This document shows, piece by piece, positions 15,911 to 26,879 of a stretch of DNA of 49,774 nt. The notes beneath the pieces were generated by a model. It saw nothing but the letters and a program-made list of their open reading frames with translations. It was not told the origin of the DNA and ran no database searches. This DNA is from a virus. Its lineage: Duplodnaviria > Caudoviricetes. Numbering within the stretch: position 1 is the stretch's first letter; every line of letters begins with the position of its first letter. Location: positions 1-49,774 of the IMG/VR virus record IMGVR_UViG_3300024254_000002; one strand, given 5' to 3'. The position numbers and the translations under genes are program-made.

Positions 15911-18606
15911 CCATTGTCATCGAGCCCATTAGTGGCGGCCTAGTTACCAGCCGCACTGGCACCGAGCTGGTTCAGGGCGAGCTACAGGCCTGCAATCAGG
16001 TCATGTACGTACCAGACACCAACGCCCTCTATCGGGCTCCCGGCGGCCAGCTCTGGAACGTTGTGGCCTCAGCCGACAAGGGCGTTGAGGGCCTTGTCAA
16101 CTGCCGCTTCGAGGGAGACATCAGTTACCTCGTGGCGCAGGCCAGCGGGAAGCTCTGGACGGCCAACGCGGAAACCAGTGCCTCCACCTTCGCCTCTGCC
16201 ACCATTAACACCAGTGGCCTCTCCACTGCCAAGCGCCTCGTGGTCGTCCCCTTCGACAACCGCAACTACATCTTCAATGGCGTCGACAATAACCGCGTCA
16301 TGCTCTCTGGCGGCACCTCCCGTGCGCACGGCCTCTACCCCGTCACCCAAGCTCCCACCAACACCAGTGCCGCGGCCGCGGCTTTCTCGGCGGCGGCCAC
16401 TGGCTACTACGAGTATTGGGCCACTGAAAGCGTGAAGTGTGACGATGGACAGGAGTTGGAGAGTAGCTTCGCTGGCCTGCCAGTCACCGTCTTCGTCAGC
16501 AGTCTTGCCACCGCCCCCATCATCGAGATGGCCGGCGCACCAACCAACCTCTCTCGCGCGCCCTCGCTGGCGGCCATCAGCTACAACATCTACCGCAGTG
16601 AGATGAAGACCCTCCAGAATGACACACTCTATCCTATTGGACGCCGTCTTGGCACTGCCACTCCTGTGGATAATGGTTCTGGGTCCATTAAGGCCGTCTT
16701 CACAGACACCGGAACAACCAGTTCCACCGGGAACAAAACCGCAGGCTCCAACGACACCGTCATCCTGACCGGCATCACCAGCGCCTTCGGAGGTGGTGCC
16801 GGCTCAGTAGCAGACGCCCTCTCTAACGGCGCTGATGCCAAGACTATCACCATCACCCGAGTCAATGCTGGCAGCTTCTCCACGCCGCACTTCGCCGTCC
16901 TACCCATCAATAACTTCTCCTTCGGCACCTTCTCCGGAAACATCGTCGGCATCTCCGTCACGGTCACGGCCAAGTGCAGCGTGGCTGACGTGGCAGACAT
17001 CTTCCTTGTCCCCGAACACCGGTCCGGCTCAACTGGTGGCGTCGATTTCTTCCAGCCCTCTGGCGGCCGAGCCGGCTTCTACCCTAACCTCGCTGGCGGT
17101 GCTGCCAGTGACTACACGAACGCAATTGGCGTTGCTGGCCTTCAGGGCAGCCCGGCCTCAAAGCGCGTGACCATCGATAGCACCACAGACAAAGCCTTCA
17201 CCTTCGGCTCTAACTCTGATGACTGGCTGCCCGGCGAGTTCGCTTGGAAGACCAGTCAGGTAGACAGCAACCTCGGCTTCCACCTTGGTATCCAGTTTAA
17301 TGCTGGCCTAACCACTACGCCAGTCGTGACCATCAGCGGCCTGACGGCCGTCATCTACTATGCTGGAACGGCCGCCTCGACCAAGCCGGACCAGAAGTTC
17401 TACGACGCCGTCATCATCGACGAAGGCGGAGTCAGTCTGCGCTTCGGCGCCAATGGCCTGCCACCCAAGTCCTCAATGGGCTGCGTCTTCGAGGGCTCCC
17501 TCTTGGTCGATGACATCGACCATCCGGGCAAGGCCTGCTACAGTATCCCCGGCTCACCGGACTACATGCCGACAGACGTTTACTTCGTGGACATCCCAGC
17601 CAACGACGCCTTCACCTTCATGGGTACCGTCAATAACCGAGCGGTCGTGGCCACTATGGGTGGCCTCTGGCGCGTCAACTACCTACCCAATGAGGACGAT
17701 GCCAGCTTCAGTCGTGGCCGTGCCTTCGAGCGCTATAGCGACACGGTCGGCATCATCAACCCCAGCTGTGCCTGTCTCTTCACAAATGCCATGGGTCAGC
17801 AGGAGCTGGCCTTCGTCGACACAAATGGTATCTTTGCAACCAACGCCTATAGCGTCCGGAAGCTCAGCACGGACCTGCGCTGGGTCGGTCCCTCCGGCTC
17901 CGTCTTCGGTAACTCCCTTGGCGGTAACATCAAGAACCTCATCATCGCCCTCATCAACGACCCTAGAACACAGACCCTCCGCATGGTCAAGACCGACGGC
18001 ACAGTCTTCATTGGTAGTTACGCGTCCAAGCATATCAAGCAGGACGGCTCCCTTAAGTGGACGAAGGCCAGTGCCAAGTACAACGACCCCGGTGGCACCG
18101 TCCATAACCCGACGGCCGCTATCTGCTTCCGCAAGGTCAGCGGCGCATGGGTTGTCCTCTATGGACAGGACGGGCTGGTCGGAACTGGTGGAGGCTGTGT
18201 GGTCCGTGAGGACAGCACCGACACCACCACCTATCACACCCTGCTGGACCCTGCCTCTACGCCCACCTTCACCACCCGGGATATCTACCTGAATGGCATT
18301 GGCGGCGAGGCAGAAATCGGCGCAGTCATCATCAATGGCCTAGACCGAGAAACCAGCAACTCAAACAAGAACATCGCCGCTGAAATCACCTTCACCCAGA
18401 AGCACACCAATGCCGCTGCAGACACAGCCTCCGTCTCTGAGGTCCCGGGAACAGTGAGCACTAGCCCCCTCGCCGAGACAGGAGTTGGCTCGGTGAATGC
18501 GGCCTGCTTTAATGCGGCGGTGGCTCCTACGACCACGGGCATGTTCGAGATTATCGAGTTGGGCTTCCGGGCTGCGGACTTCGGGGAGGAAGAACTCCAT
18601 GCGTGA
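15907..18606 (+). CDS. Tail nozzle / head-stabilisation protein (899 aa)
   Basis: Beta-rich, propeller-like ends with a central insertion; follows the adaptor. Confidence 0.65.
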   Translation: MTIVIEPISGGLVTSRTGTELVQGELQACNQVMYVPDTNALYRAPGGQLWNVVASADKGVEGLVNCRFEGDISYLVAQASGKLWTANAETSASTFASATINTSGLSTAKRLVVVPFDNRNYIFNGVDNNRVMLSGGTSRAHGLYPVTQAPTNTSAAAAAFSAAATGYYEYWATESVKCDDGQELESSFAGLPVTVFVSSLATAPIIEMAGAPTNLSRAPSLAAISYNIYRSEMKTLQNDTLYPIGRRLGTATPVDNGSGSIKAVFTDTGTTSSTGNKTAGSNDTVILTGITSAFGGGAGSVADALSNGADAKTITITRVNAGSFSTPHFAVLPINNFSFGTFSGNIVGISVTVTAKCSVADVADIFLVPEHRSGSTGGVDFFQPSGGRAGFYPNLAGGAASDYTNAIGVAGLQGSPASKRVTIDSTTDKAFTFGSNSDDWLPGEFAWKTSQVDSNLGFHLGIQFNAGLTTTPVVTISGLTAVIYYAGTAASTKPDQKFYDAVIIDEGGVSLRFGANGLPPKSSMGCVFEGSLLVDDIDHPGKACYSIPGSPDYMPTDVYFVDIPANDAFTFMGTVNNRAVVATMGGLWRVNYLPNEDDASFSRGRAFERYSDTVGIINPSCACLFTNAMGQQELAFVDTNGIFATNAYSVRKLSTDLRWVGPSGSVFGNSLGGNIKNLIIALINDPRTQTLRMVKTDGTVFIGSYASKHIKQDGSLKWTKASAKYNDPGGTVHNPTAAICFRKVSGAWVVLYGQDGLVGTGGGCVVREDSTDTTTYHTLLDPASTPTFTTRDIYLNGIGGEAEIGAVIINGLDRETSNSNKNIAAEITFTQKHTNAAADTASVSEVPGTVSTSPLAETGVGSVNAACFNAAVAPTTTGMFEIIELGFRAADFGEEELHA

Positions 18607-21600
18607 GTGGCGCGGCGGAAATAGCGCCGCCTTCGAGGGAGACCAGCGGCACGCCATTGATGCCATCTCGGAACAGCTCTTCGAGTTCTCCACCGGCATC
18701 AAGATGCTCAGCAACAACCAGCAGCCCACACAGGGCGGCTCCAACCGCGTCGTTATCGTCAACACCGGTGGCGACTCCGTCACCGATGGCGACAAGGGAG
18801 ACGTTCTCGTCTCCAGTCATGGCACGGACTGGACCGTCGAGTCCACCGGCTCCGTTATCTACTGTGATGGTATTACTGCCGTCTTGGATGCTCTAGCTTT
18901 CCTTGGCACAGCTGGTGGCATCATCCAACTCTCAGTTGGACAGCACCAACTCACCTCCAAGCTCGTCCTCTCCACCACGCAGAGCCTGACGTTGCGTGGT
19001 TCCGGCCGTGAGAACACCATCATCTATAGCAATGACTATGCCATCGACCTTCTTAGTGTCCAGAGTAGTAACATCACCATCGAGGACCTGACTGTTCAGC
19101 ATGGTCTGGTGACTGGGAATGGTTATGGTGCCGTTAGTTGGGGACGCGGTATTGTCATCGAGGCTCCAACTTCTATCTCCGACAATATCAAGGGGCCGTT
19201 CATCCGCCGCTGCGTCATCTCCAACACCTCCAGCTGGGGAATCTACGACACGGGCTCGTACAGCCCCGACGACATCTCCTACGGAGATGGCTTCGCCTCC
19301 GCCGGCCTGTTCACCAATACGGCTGAGCATCCATTCCCAATCTGGGGCTACACAGATATCGACCCGGCCGACTTGGTGACGCCAATGCTGCGAAAGACGG
19401 TCGCCATCAGTTCCAGCACCACCATCAACAGTCGAACCGTGACCTCGGCGGCCGCATTTGCTGTCGTCCGTGTCGGCCAGATTGTGACTGGGACCGGCAT
19501 CCCGCATAACACACGCGTCGTGGCCAAGGCCTCCAACTCCAGCATCACGGTCTCCAATCTGGCGACGGCCACCAACAACCCGGTGACACTGACGTTCAAG
19601 CACACGACCGACTGCGCCATCACCGTCGGCCTAATCATCGAGGACTGTAACATCGGCTTCATAAACTCCGGTGGCGTAATCTTCCTCGGCTACTCCGGCA
19701 CATCCTCACACCTCGCCAACATCAAGACCAACTGCTACTCCTTCGGTAGTTATACTGTCCATAACACAACGACGCCCACGACCGCCGTCACACAGGGGCA
19801 CATCCACTACTATGGGCGGTCAGTCGAGGCGAATTATGGTCTTGTCCTACAGACGCCAAGTATTCAGGGCGCACCATCTGGGGACTTTGTCACTCATGCT
19901 GACACCGACGGCACAGTGCTCTCTTTCAGCGCATCGCAAGGTGTTGATGTCTATAAACTCTACGTGGAAATCCTATCTGCAAACTGTTCTGCTGGAGTGG
20001 ACTGGCGCATTGGGACAGTAGGCCGACTTGATAATGATAACAATGGCTATCGCCAGTACTGGATTATCACCGGCGCCTCCAATGACATTAACTTCTATGG
20101 CCCCAGCTTTATCACACAGGTCACAAACTCTGGCGACACAACCGATGGCTATCCCGTGCGCGTCGTCCGCTCCTGTGAAGGCGGGTTCGGCTTCACTTTC
20201 CACGGCGGCCGTGTCGTCCATAAGCGTAAGGTCTACACATCTGGTGCGGTCGCCCCATTCACAAATGGGTCATACTACCCAATCCCAGAGTTTGGTAATA
20301 GCACTTCTCAGCCGTGGGATGATGATGACTTCCTACTCGACGCGTCTTCCGACGGTGACATCGGCCACCCCATTCTAATTGACAACTTCCATGTCGTGAA
20401 CAATCAGGGGGCGGTCCGGGAGCCCACCGTCTCCAACAGTTCAAGTATCTCCACGCGGCTGGCATTCCGCATGCGGAATAACGACCGCAACTTCCAGTTC
20501 GGCAAGTGGGAGGACGTGGACCGCATCGCTACCGGTAGTGGCGGTATTGCAACGGTTAATGACCTATCCACTAAACGAGGTCTGGCTGGCCCCTTCCTCA
20601 AGCGCGGCGAGTTCGGCTACGTCATGGGTTCTGCCTTCACGTCTGTAGCCCATGTCCAGAAGGCCATCGGCACGAACATCCTCACTGCTAACGATGCCAA
20701 CTTCACCGGCCTTATTGTTGGCATGTCCGTCAGTGGTAATGGCATTCCAGCCAACTCCTATATCACTAGCGTGGCTGGAATGCCCAACACAGTCACCATC
20801 AACAACAACGCCACAGACTCCAACATCGACACCATGACCTTCACCAGTATTGGCGCCGGCCAGCGTGAGGGCCTATGGGGCTTCTGCGCGGTTGAGAACA
20901 ACTGGCGGCAGATTCCGTGGATTCGCAAACACACTAGCTCATGGTCTATCACACAGGCCGGCGACATGTGGATGCGCTTGAATGGTAGCCCCACGAATAG
21001 TCTATATCCCAACGCCGAGTTCAACTGGTACACCAATGGCGCATGGAATTCTGTCTTCGGCCTGCCCCGTACCACTACAGTTGCCGGCGACCTACCCTAC
21101 TACTCCGCCACGGACACGCCGGCCCGCCTTGCCCTCGGTACCACGGACTACCTCCTCACTGCCGGTGCCTCTGCGCCTAGTTGGGCCGCCCCGGAGTTCA
21201 AGGACACCCTCTTCCGCGTCGTTGACAACGCCGACACAACCAAGAAGTTCGCCTTCGAGTGCTCCAGCATCACAGCTGGCTCGACGAGGACGGCGACGGT
21301 TCCGAATGCGTCAGGCACGCTAGCAATGATTGACCTCGCCCAGACGTGGAGCGCGACCCAGACCATCAAGGACACGCAGCTCAACATCGTCGATGACGGT
21401 GACGTCAGCAAGATTCTCGCCTTCCAGTGCTCTGGCATCTCCGCCTCGACGACCCGCACCATCAAGATTCAGGACACCAACGGCTCGGCTGTCGTGGTCG
21501 GAAACACCACAGCCGCTTCTGGAACCCTTGGTTCCGTTAGCCTGACTGGCCAGACCGGCAGCCTCGCGGCCCAGACCCTACTGACTGGCAACACCACAAG

Positions 21601-21907
21601 TGCCGGCCTCTACCGCGTCTCACTCTACCTCAAGTGCACCACTGCTGGTTCAGGCGGCGCACAGGTGAGCGTGGACCTGACATGGAACGACGGCTCGGCC
21701 CACACCGACACAATCCTCCTCACCTTACTAGACGGTAGTGGGGCCATCGGTCAGGGATTCCTACCACTAGTCACACTTAATAAGGCCGCCTTTGGTGCGG
21801 ACGTCATCAAGGTCACCGCCTCCCAGAATGTCACCTTCACAAGCACCGTCGTCACTACTGGCAGTCCCCAATACGCAATCGAAGCCCGCATCGAAGCACT
21901 GGGCTAA
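18599..21907 (+). CDS. Tail spike/fibre with parallel beta-helix domain (~1102 aa)
   Basis: GGAGGA RBS before ATG 18599; GGIIQLSVG..LTLRGSGRENTII..NITIEDLTV pectate-lyase-like start; internal repeats. Confidence 0.8.
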   Translation: MREWRGGNSAAFEGDQRHAIDAISEQLFEFSTGIKMLSNNQQPTQGGSNRVVIVNTGGDSVTDGDKGDVLVSSHGTDWTVESTGSVIYCDGITAVLDALAFLGTAGGIIQLSVGQHQLTSKLVLSTTQSLTLRGSGRENTIIYSNDYAIDLLSVQSSNITIEDLTVQHGLVTGNGYGAVSWGRGIVIEAPTSISDNIKGPFIRRCVISNTSSWGIYDTGSYSPDDISYGDGFASAGLFTNTAEHPFPIWGYTDIDPADLVTPMLRKTVAISSSTTINSRTVTSAAAFAVVRVGQIVTGTGIPHNTRVVAKASNSSITVSNLATATNNPVTLTFKHTTDCAITVGLIIEDCNIGFINSGGVIFLGYSGTSSHLANIKTNCYSFGSYTVHNTTTPTTAVTQGHIHYYGRSVEANYGLVLQTPSIQGAPSGDFVTHADTDGTVLSFSASQGVDVYKLYVEILSANCSAGVDWRIGTVGRLDNDNNGYRQYWIITGASNDINFYGPSFITQVTNSGDTTDGYPVRVVRSCEGGFGFTFHGGRVVHKRKVYTSGAVAPFTNGSYYPIPEFGNSTSQPWDDDDFLLDASSDGDIGHPILIDNFHVVNNQGAVREPTVSNSSSISTRLAFRMRNNDRNFQFGKWEDVDRIATGSGGIATVNDLSTKRGLAGPFLKRGEFGYVMGSAFTSVAHVQKAIGTNILTANDANFTGLIVGMSVSGNGIPANSYITSVAGMPNTVTINNNATDSNIDTMTFTSIGAGQREGLWGFCAVENNWRQIPWIRKHTSSWSITQAGDMWMRLNGSPTNSLYPNAEFNWYTNGAWNSVFGLPRTTTVAGDLPYYSATDTPARLALGTTDYLLTAGASAPSWAAPEFKDTLFRVVDNADTTKKFAFECSSITAGSTRTATVPNASGTLAMIDLAQTWSATQTIKDTQLNIVDDGDVSKILAFQCSGISASTTRTIKIQDTNGSAVVVGNTTAASGTLGSVSLTGQTGSLAAQTLLTGNTTSAGLYRVSLYLKCTTAGSGGAQVSVDLTWNDGSAHTDTILLTLLDGSGAIGQGFLPLVTLNKAAFGADVIKVTASQNVTFTSTVVTTGSPQYAIEARIEALG

Positions 21908-21911
21908 TCCG

Positions 21912-21920
21912 TGATATACT
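21912..21920 (+). promoter_or_regulatory. Extended -10 promoter candidate (TGaTATACT) with downstream AAGGAG RBS
   Basis: Intergenic, 19 nt before ATG 21940. Confidence 0.55.
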
Positions 21921-21939
21921 TGTCAAAAGGAGCTTTCTA

Positions 21940-22512
21940 ATGGCAGTTCCTGCTGCAGCGGCTAGTTGGATGGGAGGCCCTTGGGGGCTGGCGGCTGGTG
22001 CCGGCATGTCCCTCCTACCCGGCCTCTTCGGCGCTCTCTTCGGCCGTGGCGAGGACCCCCGCGTCCTCCGCCAGCGGGCCCTAGCGGAGCTGGACCCAAA
22101 CGTCATCGAGGGGAATGCGAACCGCTTCTTCTCACAAACCCTTAACAGTCCGGCCTTTAACATGGCCCGGTCCCAGACCATTGCCGGCGGCCAGCAAGCC
22201 ATTGGCTCCATCAGTCGCCACCTTGCCCAGACCGGTCTCGGCCGCTCCGGCGTCGGCACAGCCATGCTGGGCGCCGCCGCGGCCGCCCCAGACATCCAGA
22301 TGGGCCAGCTCACTAGTCAGGCTTGGGAAGCAGCCATGGGCAACGCGCAGGGGCTCGCACGCGCACGCGCGGGCGTTTATGGTGGGATGCCCCGGCAGGA
22401 AGGGCTTGGCCTGCCCTTGACAAGTGCTGGCCTGAACGCCTTCCTGCCTTTCATCTTCCGCCTCCTCGCTCAGCAGCAGGGCCTTAAGGACCCGTCTGGA
22501 GCCAACCCGTAA
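21940..22512 (+). CDS. Internal virion / ejection (pilot) protein
   Basis: Gly/Ala-rich hydrophobic N-terminus (GGPWGLAAGAG..GLFG); first of three clustered genes. Confidence 0.65.
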   Translation: MAVPAAAASWMGGPWGLAAGAGMSLLPGLFGALFGRGEDPRVLRQRALAELDPNVIEGNANRFFSQTLNSPAFNMARSQTIAGGQQAIGSISRHLAQTGLGRSGVGTAMLGAAAAAPDIQMGQLTSQAWEAAMGNAQGLARARAGVYGGMPRQEGLGLPLTSAGLNAFLPFIFRLLAQQQGLKDPSGANP

Positions 22513-24170
22513 TGGCGAACATCCTAGCGAACCCTCTATGGGAAGAGCGGACCGCGGCCGCCGCCAGAATGGCCGGCATCCCTGACCAGTTCCTCAGTAG
22601 CTTCTATCGACAGATGGCGCTGGAGAGTGGGAACTTCGACCCTAGCATCATCAGCGGCCAGCAGGCCAGCCCAGCTGGCGCTCGTGGTCTGGCCCAGTTC
22701 ATGCCGGACACCCTGAAGGACTTCCCGCACGACCCGACGAACTGGCAGTCTTCCCTGAACGCCGGCGCCCAGTATATGGCGCGGCTCTTCCAGCGCACCG
22801 GCAACTGGGGGCAGGCTCAGGCCGCCTATAACATGGGCCCGGGCAACCTTCAGAAGTTCCTGCACGGCGACATCTCCCTGCCGCCCGAGACAGCTGCCTA
22901 TCTTGACACGACTGGCTCGGCGGCCCAGTTCAGTGGTAGTGCTCCAGAGCTTCCAGTAGTCGATGTCCAAAGCACCTTCCCATCGCTGTCCTCGATGGTC
23001 GGTAATGCCATGCAGCACATGAGCACAAACATGGCGGACATGCTCGGTCAAGCTCAGGCAGACCGCATTGCAGCTGAGACGCAGCGTGACCAATATCAGA
23101 AGCAACTTGATACAATGGGTCAGCAGCCTGCGCCGCAGAACGACCCGAATGCGGAGTTTGTCACGCGCCTCATGGGCGGCATCAGTCAGGCCCTCTCACC
23201 CCGCATGGGCGGCCAGCAACTCGCCGAGAACACACTTGAGGGCCGGCTTCAGGGCATCAGGGACCAGCGCCGGCAGAGCATGGAAGTGCTCGCTAATAAG
23301 CTCCAGATGGCTGCGGGCATTGCGGCTAAGGCTGGTGAGCATGAGAAGAGTGTATCGCTCATGGCTAAGTATAACAATGTCCTCAAGGACCTTGAGCTGC
23401 ACATGCAGACCTACGGCCTTGAGACGGACCGCACGACTGCTCAGGCTCACCAGACCTCCGCGCAGGCTGACCTAGTCCGCGCCCTCACCTCTGGCAACAA
23501 TCAGCCTATCGACAAGACCATCCTCACTGAGGGTCTGCAGCCATTACAGGCAACGAAGGCCGCACTTGAAGCGGCCCTCCTGCGGAATGGTAAGGACAAG
23601 TTCAAGGGTAAGGAGATGATGTCCATCCGCCGCAAACTGGCCAACACCAACCTTCTTATCAACACGGCTATGGATAGTTTCCAGCAGAAGGGAGTAATGC
23701 CTGACCTGACAGCGGCTGATGTGCTGGACCAGCATGTTCAGGAGAGCGTGGCTGGCGCACAGAAGGCCGGCTATAGTTTGCAGCAGGCCCTGAGTCTGGT
23801 TGACAAGATGCCGGGTAATGACGAGCAGTGGAAGCTCGGACAGGAAGGCATCACAAAGCACGAGTTCAAGATGGCCCTCATGAATGCGTGGCCGAAGCCG
23901 CAGCCCGCTGCTGGTCCGGCTAGTGGTGGTGTTCCTGCAGACCCAAGTGGCCCAGCCCCACTGAGTGATGCAGCAGTCGCCATGCGTTTCCTAACTGCAG
24001 CACGTAGTGGCGCGATTAAAGAGGCTGGTGGTCCCCCCTTGCAGATTGCTGACAAGATTCGAGCCATGGTTGAGGCACATGTTCCACCTGCCATGATTGT
24101 CAAGTTCATTAAGCAGCTCACTAATCGCGTTCCTATGGAAACCGTTCCTGCCAGTACCTTCCATCAATAA
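22512..24170 (+). CDS. Ejection protein with N-terminal lytic transglycosylase (SLT) domain
   Basis: LESG.FDP, SPAGARGLAQFMPDT, AAYNMGPGN, PETAAY. Confidence 0.88.
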   Translation: MANILANPLWEERTAAAARMAGIPDQFLSSFYRQMALESGNFDPSIISGQQASPAGARGLAQFMPDTLKDFPHDPTNWQSSLNAGAQYMARLFQRTGNWGQAQAAYNMGPGNLQKFLHGDISLPPETAAYLDTTGSAAQFSGSAPELPVVDVQSTFPSLSSMVGNAMQHMSTNMADMLGQAQADRIAAETQRDQYQKQLDTMGQQPAPQNDPNAEFVTRLMGGISQALSPRMGGQQLAENTLEGRLQGIRDQRRQSMEVLANKLQMAAGIAAKAGEHEKSVSLMAKYNNVLKDLELHMQTYGLETDRTTAQAHQTSAQADLVRALTSGNNQPIDKTILTEGLQPLQATKAALEAALLRNGKDKFKGKEMMSIRRKLANTNLLINTAMDSFQQKGVMPDLTAADVLDQHVQESVAGAQKAGYSLQQALSLVDKMPGNDEQWKLGQEGITKHEFKMALMNAWPKPQPAAGPASGGVPADPSGPAPLSDAAVAMRFLTAARSGAIKEAGGPPLQIADKIRAMVEAHVPPAMIVKFIKQLTNRVPMETVPASTFHQ

Positions 24171-26879
24171 ATGGCTGACGTCTTTGCAAACGCGCCCCCG
24201 CCCAGTAAGGCGGGAATCGACTTCCCAGACATGGGTGACCTCTTCTCTGGCGGCATTGTCTCGAAGGCCATGGATGTACTGGCTCTCCCGAATTATGCAG
24301 CTGCTGGGGCCGTTGACTATGCTCTAGAAGGACAGAACCCCTTCGCCGGAGCGGTCGAGGGTCTGAAGACAAGAGAGTCCTTCATTGACGTCCTCGACAA
24401 GCGTGGCGCCCCCAAGTGGCTAAGCATTCCAGTCGGGCTAGCGGCTGACATTGCGGTTCCAACCGTCCCCGGTATGGGCCTCCTGAAGGGCGCAAAGGTC
24501 AGCGCTCTGGCCCGCATTGCTGGGGTGGCGGAACGCCATGGTGCCATGGCTATCGAGGACGCCATCCGTATTGGTGCCGAAGGCCGGGCACCCGCCGAGG
24601 CCGCCGCAGAAGGTGCGGCCCAGACCTTCATGCGCGGCATGAACGCAAGGGATGTGTTCCGGGCAACCGGCGACGCAGAGGCTGCCCGGGTTGCGGCCCG
24701 GGCCGGCGAAGAACTGGGCTTCGTAGACCACATGAAGAAGCTCGCCAACGCCGACACTCCGCCCAGCCCCTCGACGGCCGGCGCATGGCTGCGGGCCGGA
24801 CAGGCCATCACTGACCGGCTGGTCCGCTCCTTCGGCGGGTTTGTCGAGAGTCATCCCATGTTCAAGGGACTGGGCAAGCCCTTCGTCGAGCGCATGGGCG
24901 TACAGGGCGACATCCAGCGCGTCCTTCTGGGCGTGGGCAAGGAGCGGGCTGATGAGATTACCCGCATCCTCAAGCCCGAGGACCACACCAACTGGTGGCT
25001 CGCCGCGCAGGGGCTGGCCGAGCCAGCTAATGAGGATGTGGCCAAGGCCGTCCAGCTCACGAAGCTATGGACGGATGAGAACTTCGCTGCGCTCTCCAAG
25101 CGTGGCGCTAGGCAGACTCTACCAACTGCCACCATCGCCTATCGAAGGATGGGGGCGGACCAGAAGGCGGATGTCCTACGCTTCCTAAAGGAGTTGGAGG
25201 CGGAAAGTGGGATGGTCGACCCTAGCCTAACCTTGAAGTCGGCCTATGCACAGGTTGGTAATCGACCAGTAGCACAACACAGGATTGATATGTTGGAGAT
25301 GACAGGGGAGGGGCGGCTGGCCCTAGACATCTTCAAGAGCGCGGGGGAAATCACGCCGGGCGGCATCGTCAAGATTCCCATCCGCAAGGTCAACGCATAT
25401 CTTCCGGCCATTAAGACGGCTGCAGCAGCCACGCGGGATAGTGAGGCTGGCCTCCGTGACCTAGCGACTAGCATCAAGCGGTATGGACCGGAGTTGACGC
25501 CGGAGCAGGCTTATGCGGCGGCGGGGCAGATTCTGAAGGAGCGGGCCACCGAGATGGGAGACATCCGGAAGAGCCTGCAGCACGCCCGCGGCGAACAGAT
25601 GACGGCGGAAGCAGCTAATGACTTCGTGCATGACCCCAAGCAGATTCTGTATAAGATGGCTAGCGATAATGCAGACCTCATCTCTGGAGCTGAGGCTTGG
25701 GGTGGGAAGGGAGAGCTGTTCGACGCACTGCGGATGGACCTTGCTCGGGCACACGGGCTGGCGGGAGTGGGCGGCGCGGATATGCTGGCACCGCAGGCGT
25801 ATCGGGAGGCAGACGAGACGCTGACCAAGGCCTATGCCATTAGGAATGGGATGTGGCGGGATGAGATGAATCCGGCCCTCCGGGTCCTGAACACCATCTC
25901 CGACCACATCTTCCTTGGGCCGAGAACGGTCCTCATCCAGCCCACCACCCTGACGAACAGTGGGGCGCTAAGCGGGGTTGGGAACTCATTCCTAGCGATT
26001 CAGGAGGCCGTCACGAGCGGGCCTATCCGTCGGCTTGTTGAGCGACTGGGTGCGCATATCCCGACGATGTTGGATGCCGTCGATGCCGCCCGGGGCCTGA
26101 AGAAGCTCAGCCGGTGGAACCCCATCCTGAACATGGTCGGGAAGACGGACCGTGGGATGCGTGTGACGGCAGCCGTGGCTGGCGGCCTGCACGCAGCGGA
26201 GACTGAGGAGAAGGTGCTGGCGGCAGTTCGGGCTGGGAATATGGCGAAGGCGGAGAAGATGGCCGGCTTCCTACAGCGGACCCACGGCATCGACACGGCT
26301 GGCCTGCTGAGAGGGGAGGCACTATCTGATGACGCCATCATGCAGGCAATGACCAGTAGCGCGCATATCACGAACTTCACGGGAGATGTGCTGGCGCTAC
26401 CGAAGGCGTTCCAGAGTACCAGCGGAAAGTTCTTCCTGAAGTTCAAGCAGTACGCCCTACAGCAGACGCACTTCATTGACCGGCTAGCCAATGAGGCGTT
26501 GGTCCATAAGAACTGGGGGCCGCTATTGCGGTATGCGGCGATGTTCCCGTGGGTGTATCACAATGTGCTGCGGACAGTTAACACGCTTAAGAATCAGGAG
26601 AAGCAGAACACGCCAGAGGATGGCATCAACTACCTGAAGGACATGCTGATGATTGGGGCCCTTGGGTATGTTGGAGATGTGACGCAGGCCATGAGCAGTC
26701 CGTCCGAGGCGCTGGGCTTGGGCTTCATCGCCGGGCCGAACGCAGCGGCAATTGTCAAGGGTCTGCAAGGTACGTTCGCCATGTTGCCCGGACCGAATCA
26801 GGACTTCAGCAAGGCTCAGGAGAGCCTCATCCCCCAGAGTGTCAGACAGGTCAAGACCTTCCTAGAGAATGCCCAGTGA
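24171..26879 (+). CDS. Large internal virion / ejection protein (902 aa)
   Basis: Ala-rich helical protein at the end of the virion module. Confidence 0.65.
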   Translation: MADVFANAPPPSKAGIDFPDMGDLFSGGIVSKAMDVLALPNYAAAGAVDYALEGQNPFAGAVEGLKTRESFIDVLDKRGAPKWLSIPVGLAADIAVPTVPGMGLLKGAKVSALARIAGVAERHGAMAIEDAIRIGAEGRAPAEAAAEGAAQTFMRGMNARDVFRATGDAEAARVAARAGEELGFVDHMKKLANADTPPSPSTAGAWLRAGQAITDRLVRSFGGFVESHPMFKGLGKPFVERMGVQGDIQRVLLGVGKERADEITRILKPEDHTNWWLAAQGLAEPANEDVAKAVQLTKLWTDENFAALSKRGARQTLPTATIAYRRMGADQKADVLRFLKELEAESGMVDPSLTLKSAYAQVGNRPVAQHRIDMLEMTGEGRLALDIFKSAGEITPGGIVKIPIRKVNAYLPAIKTAAAATRDSEAGLRDLATSIKRYGPELTPEQAYAAAGQILKERATEMGDIRKSLQHARGEQMTAEAANDFVHDPKQILYKMASDNADLISGAEAWGGKGELFDALRMDLARAHGLAGVGGADMLAPQAYREADETLTKAYAIRNGMWRDEMNPALRVLNTISDHIFLGPRTVLIQPTTLTNSGALSGVGNSFLAIQEAVTSGPIRRLVERLGAHIPTMLDAVDAARGLKKLSRWNPILNMVGKTDRGMRVTAAVAGGLHAAETEEKVLAAVRAGNMAKAEKMAGFLQRTHGIDTAGLLRGEALSDDAIMQAMTSSAHITNFTGDVLALPKAFQSTSGKFFLKFKQYALQQTHFIDRLANEALVHKNWGPLLRYAAMFPWVYHNVLRTVNTLKNQEKQNTPEDGINYLKDMLMIGALGYVGDVTQAMSSPSEALGLGFIAGPNAAAIVKGLQGTFAMLPGPNQDFSKAQESLIPQSVRQVKTFLENAQ

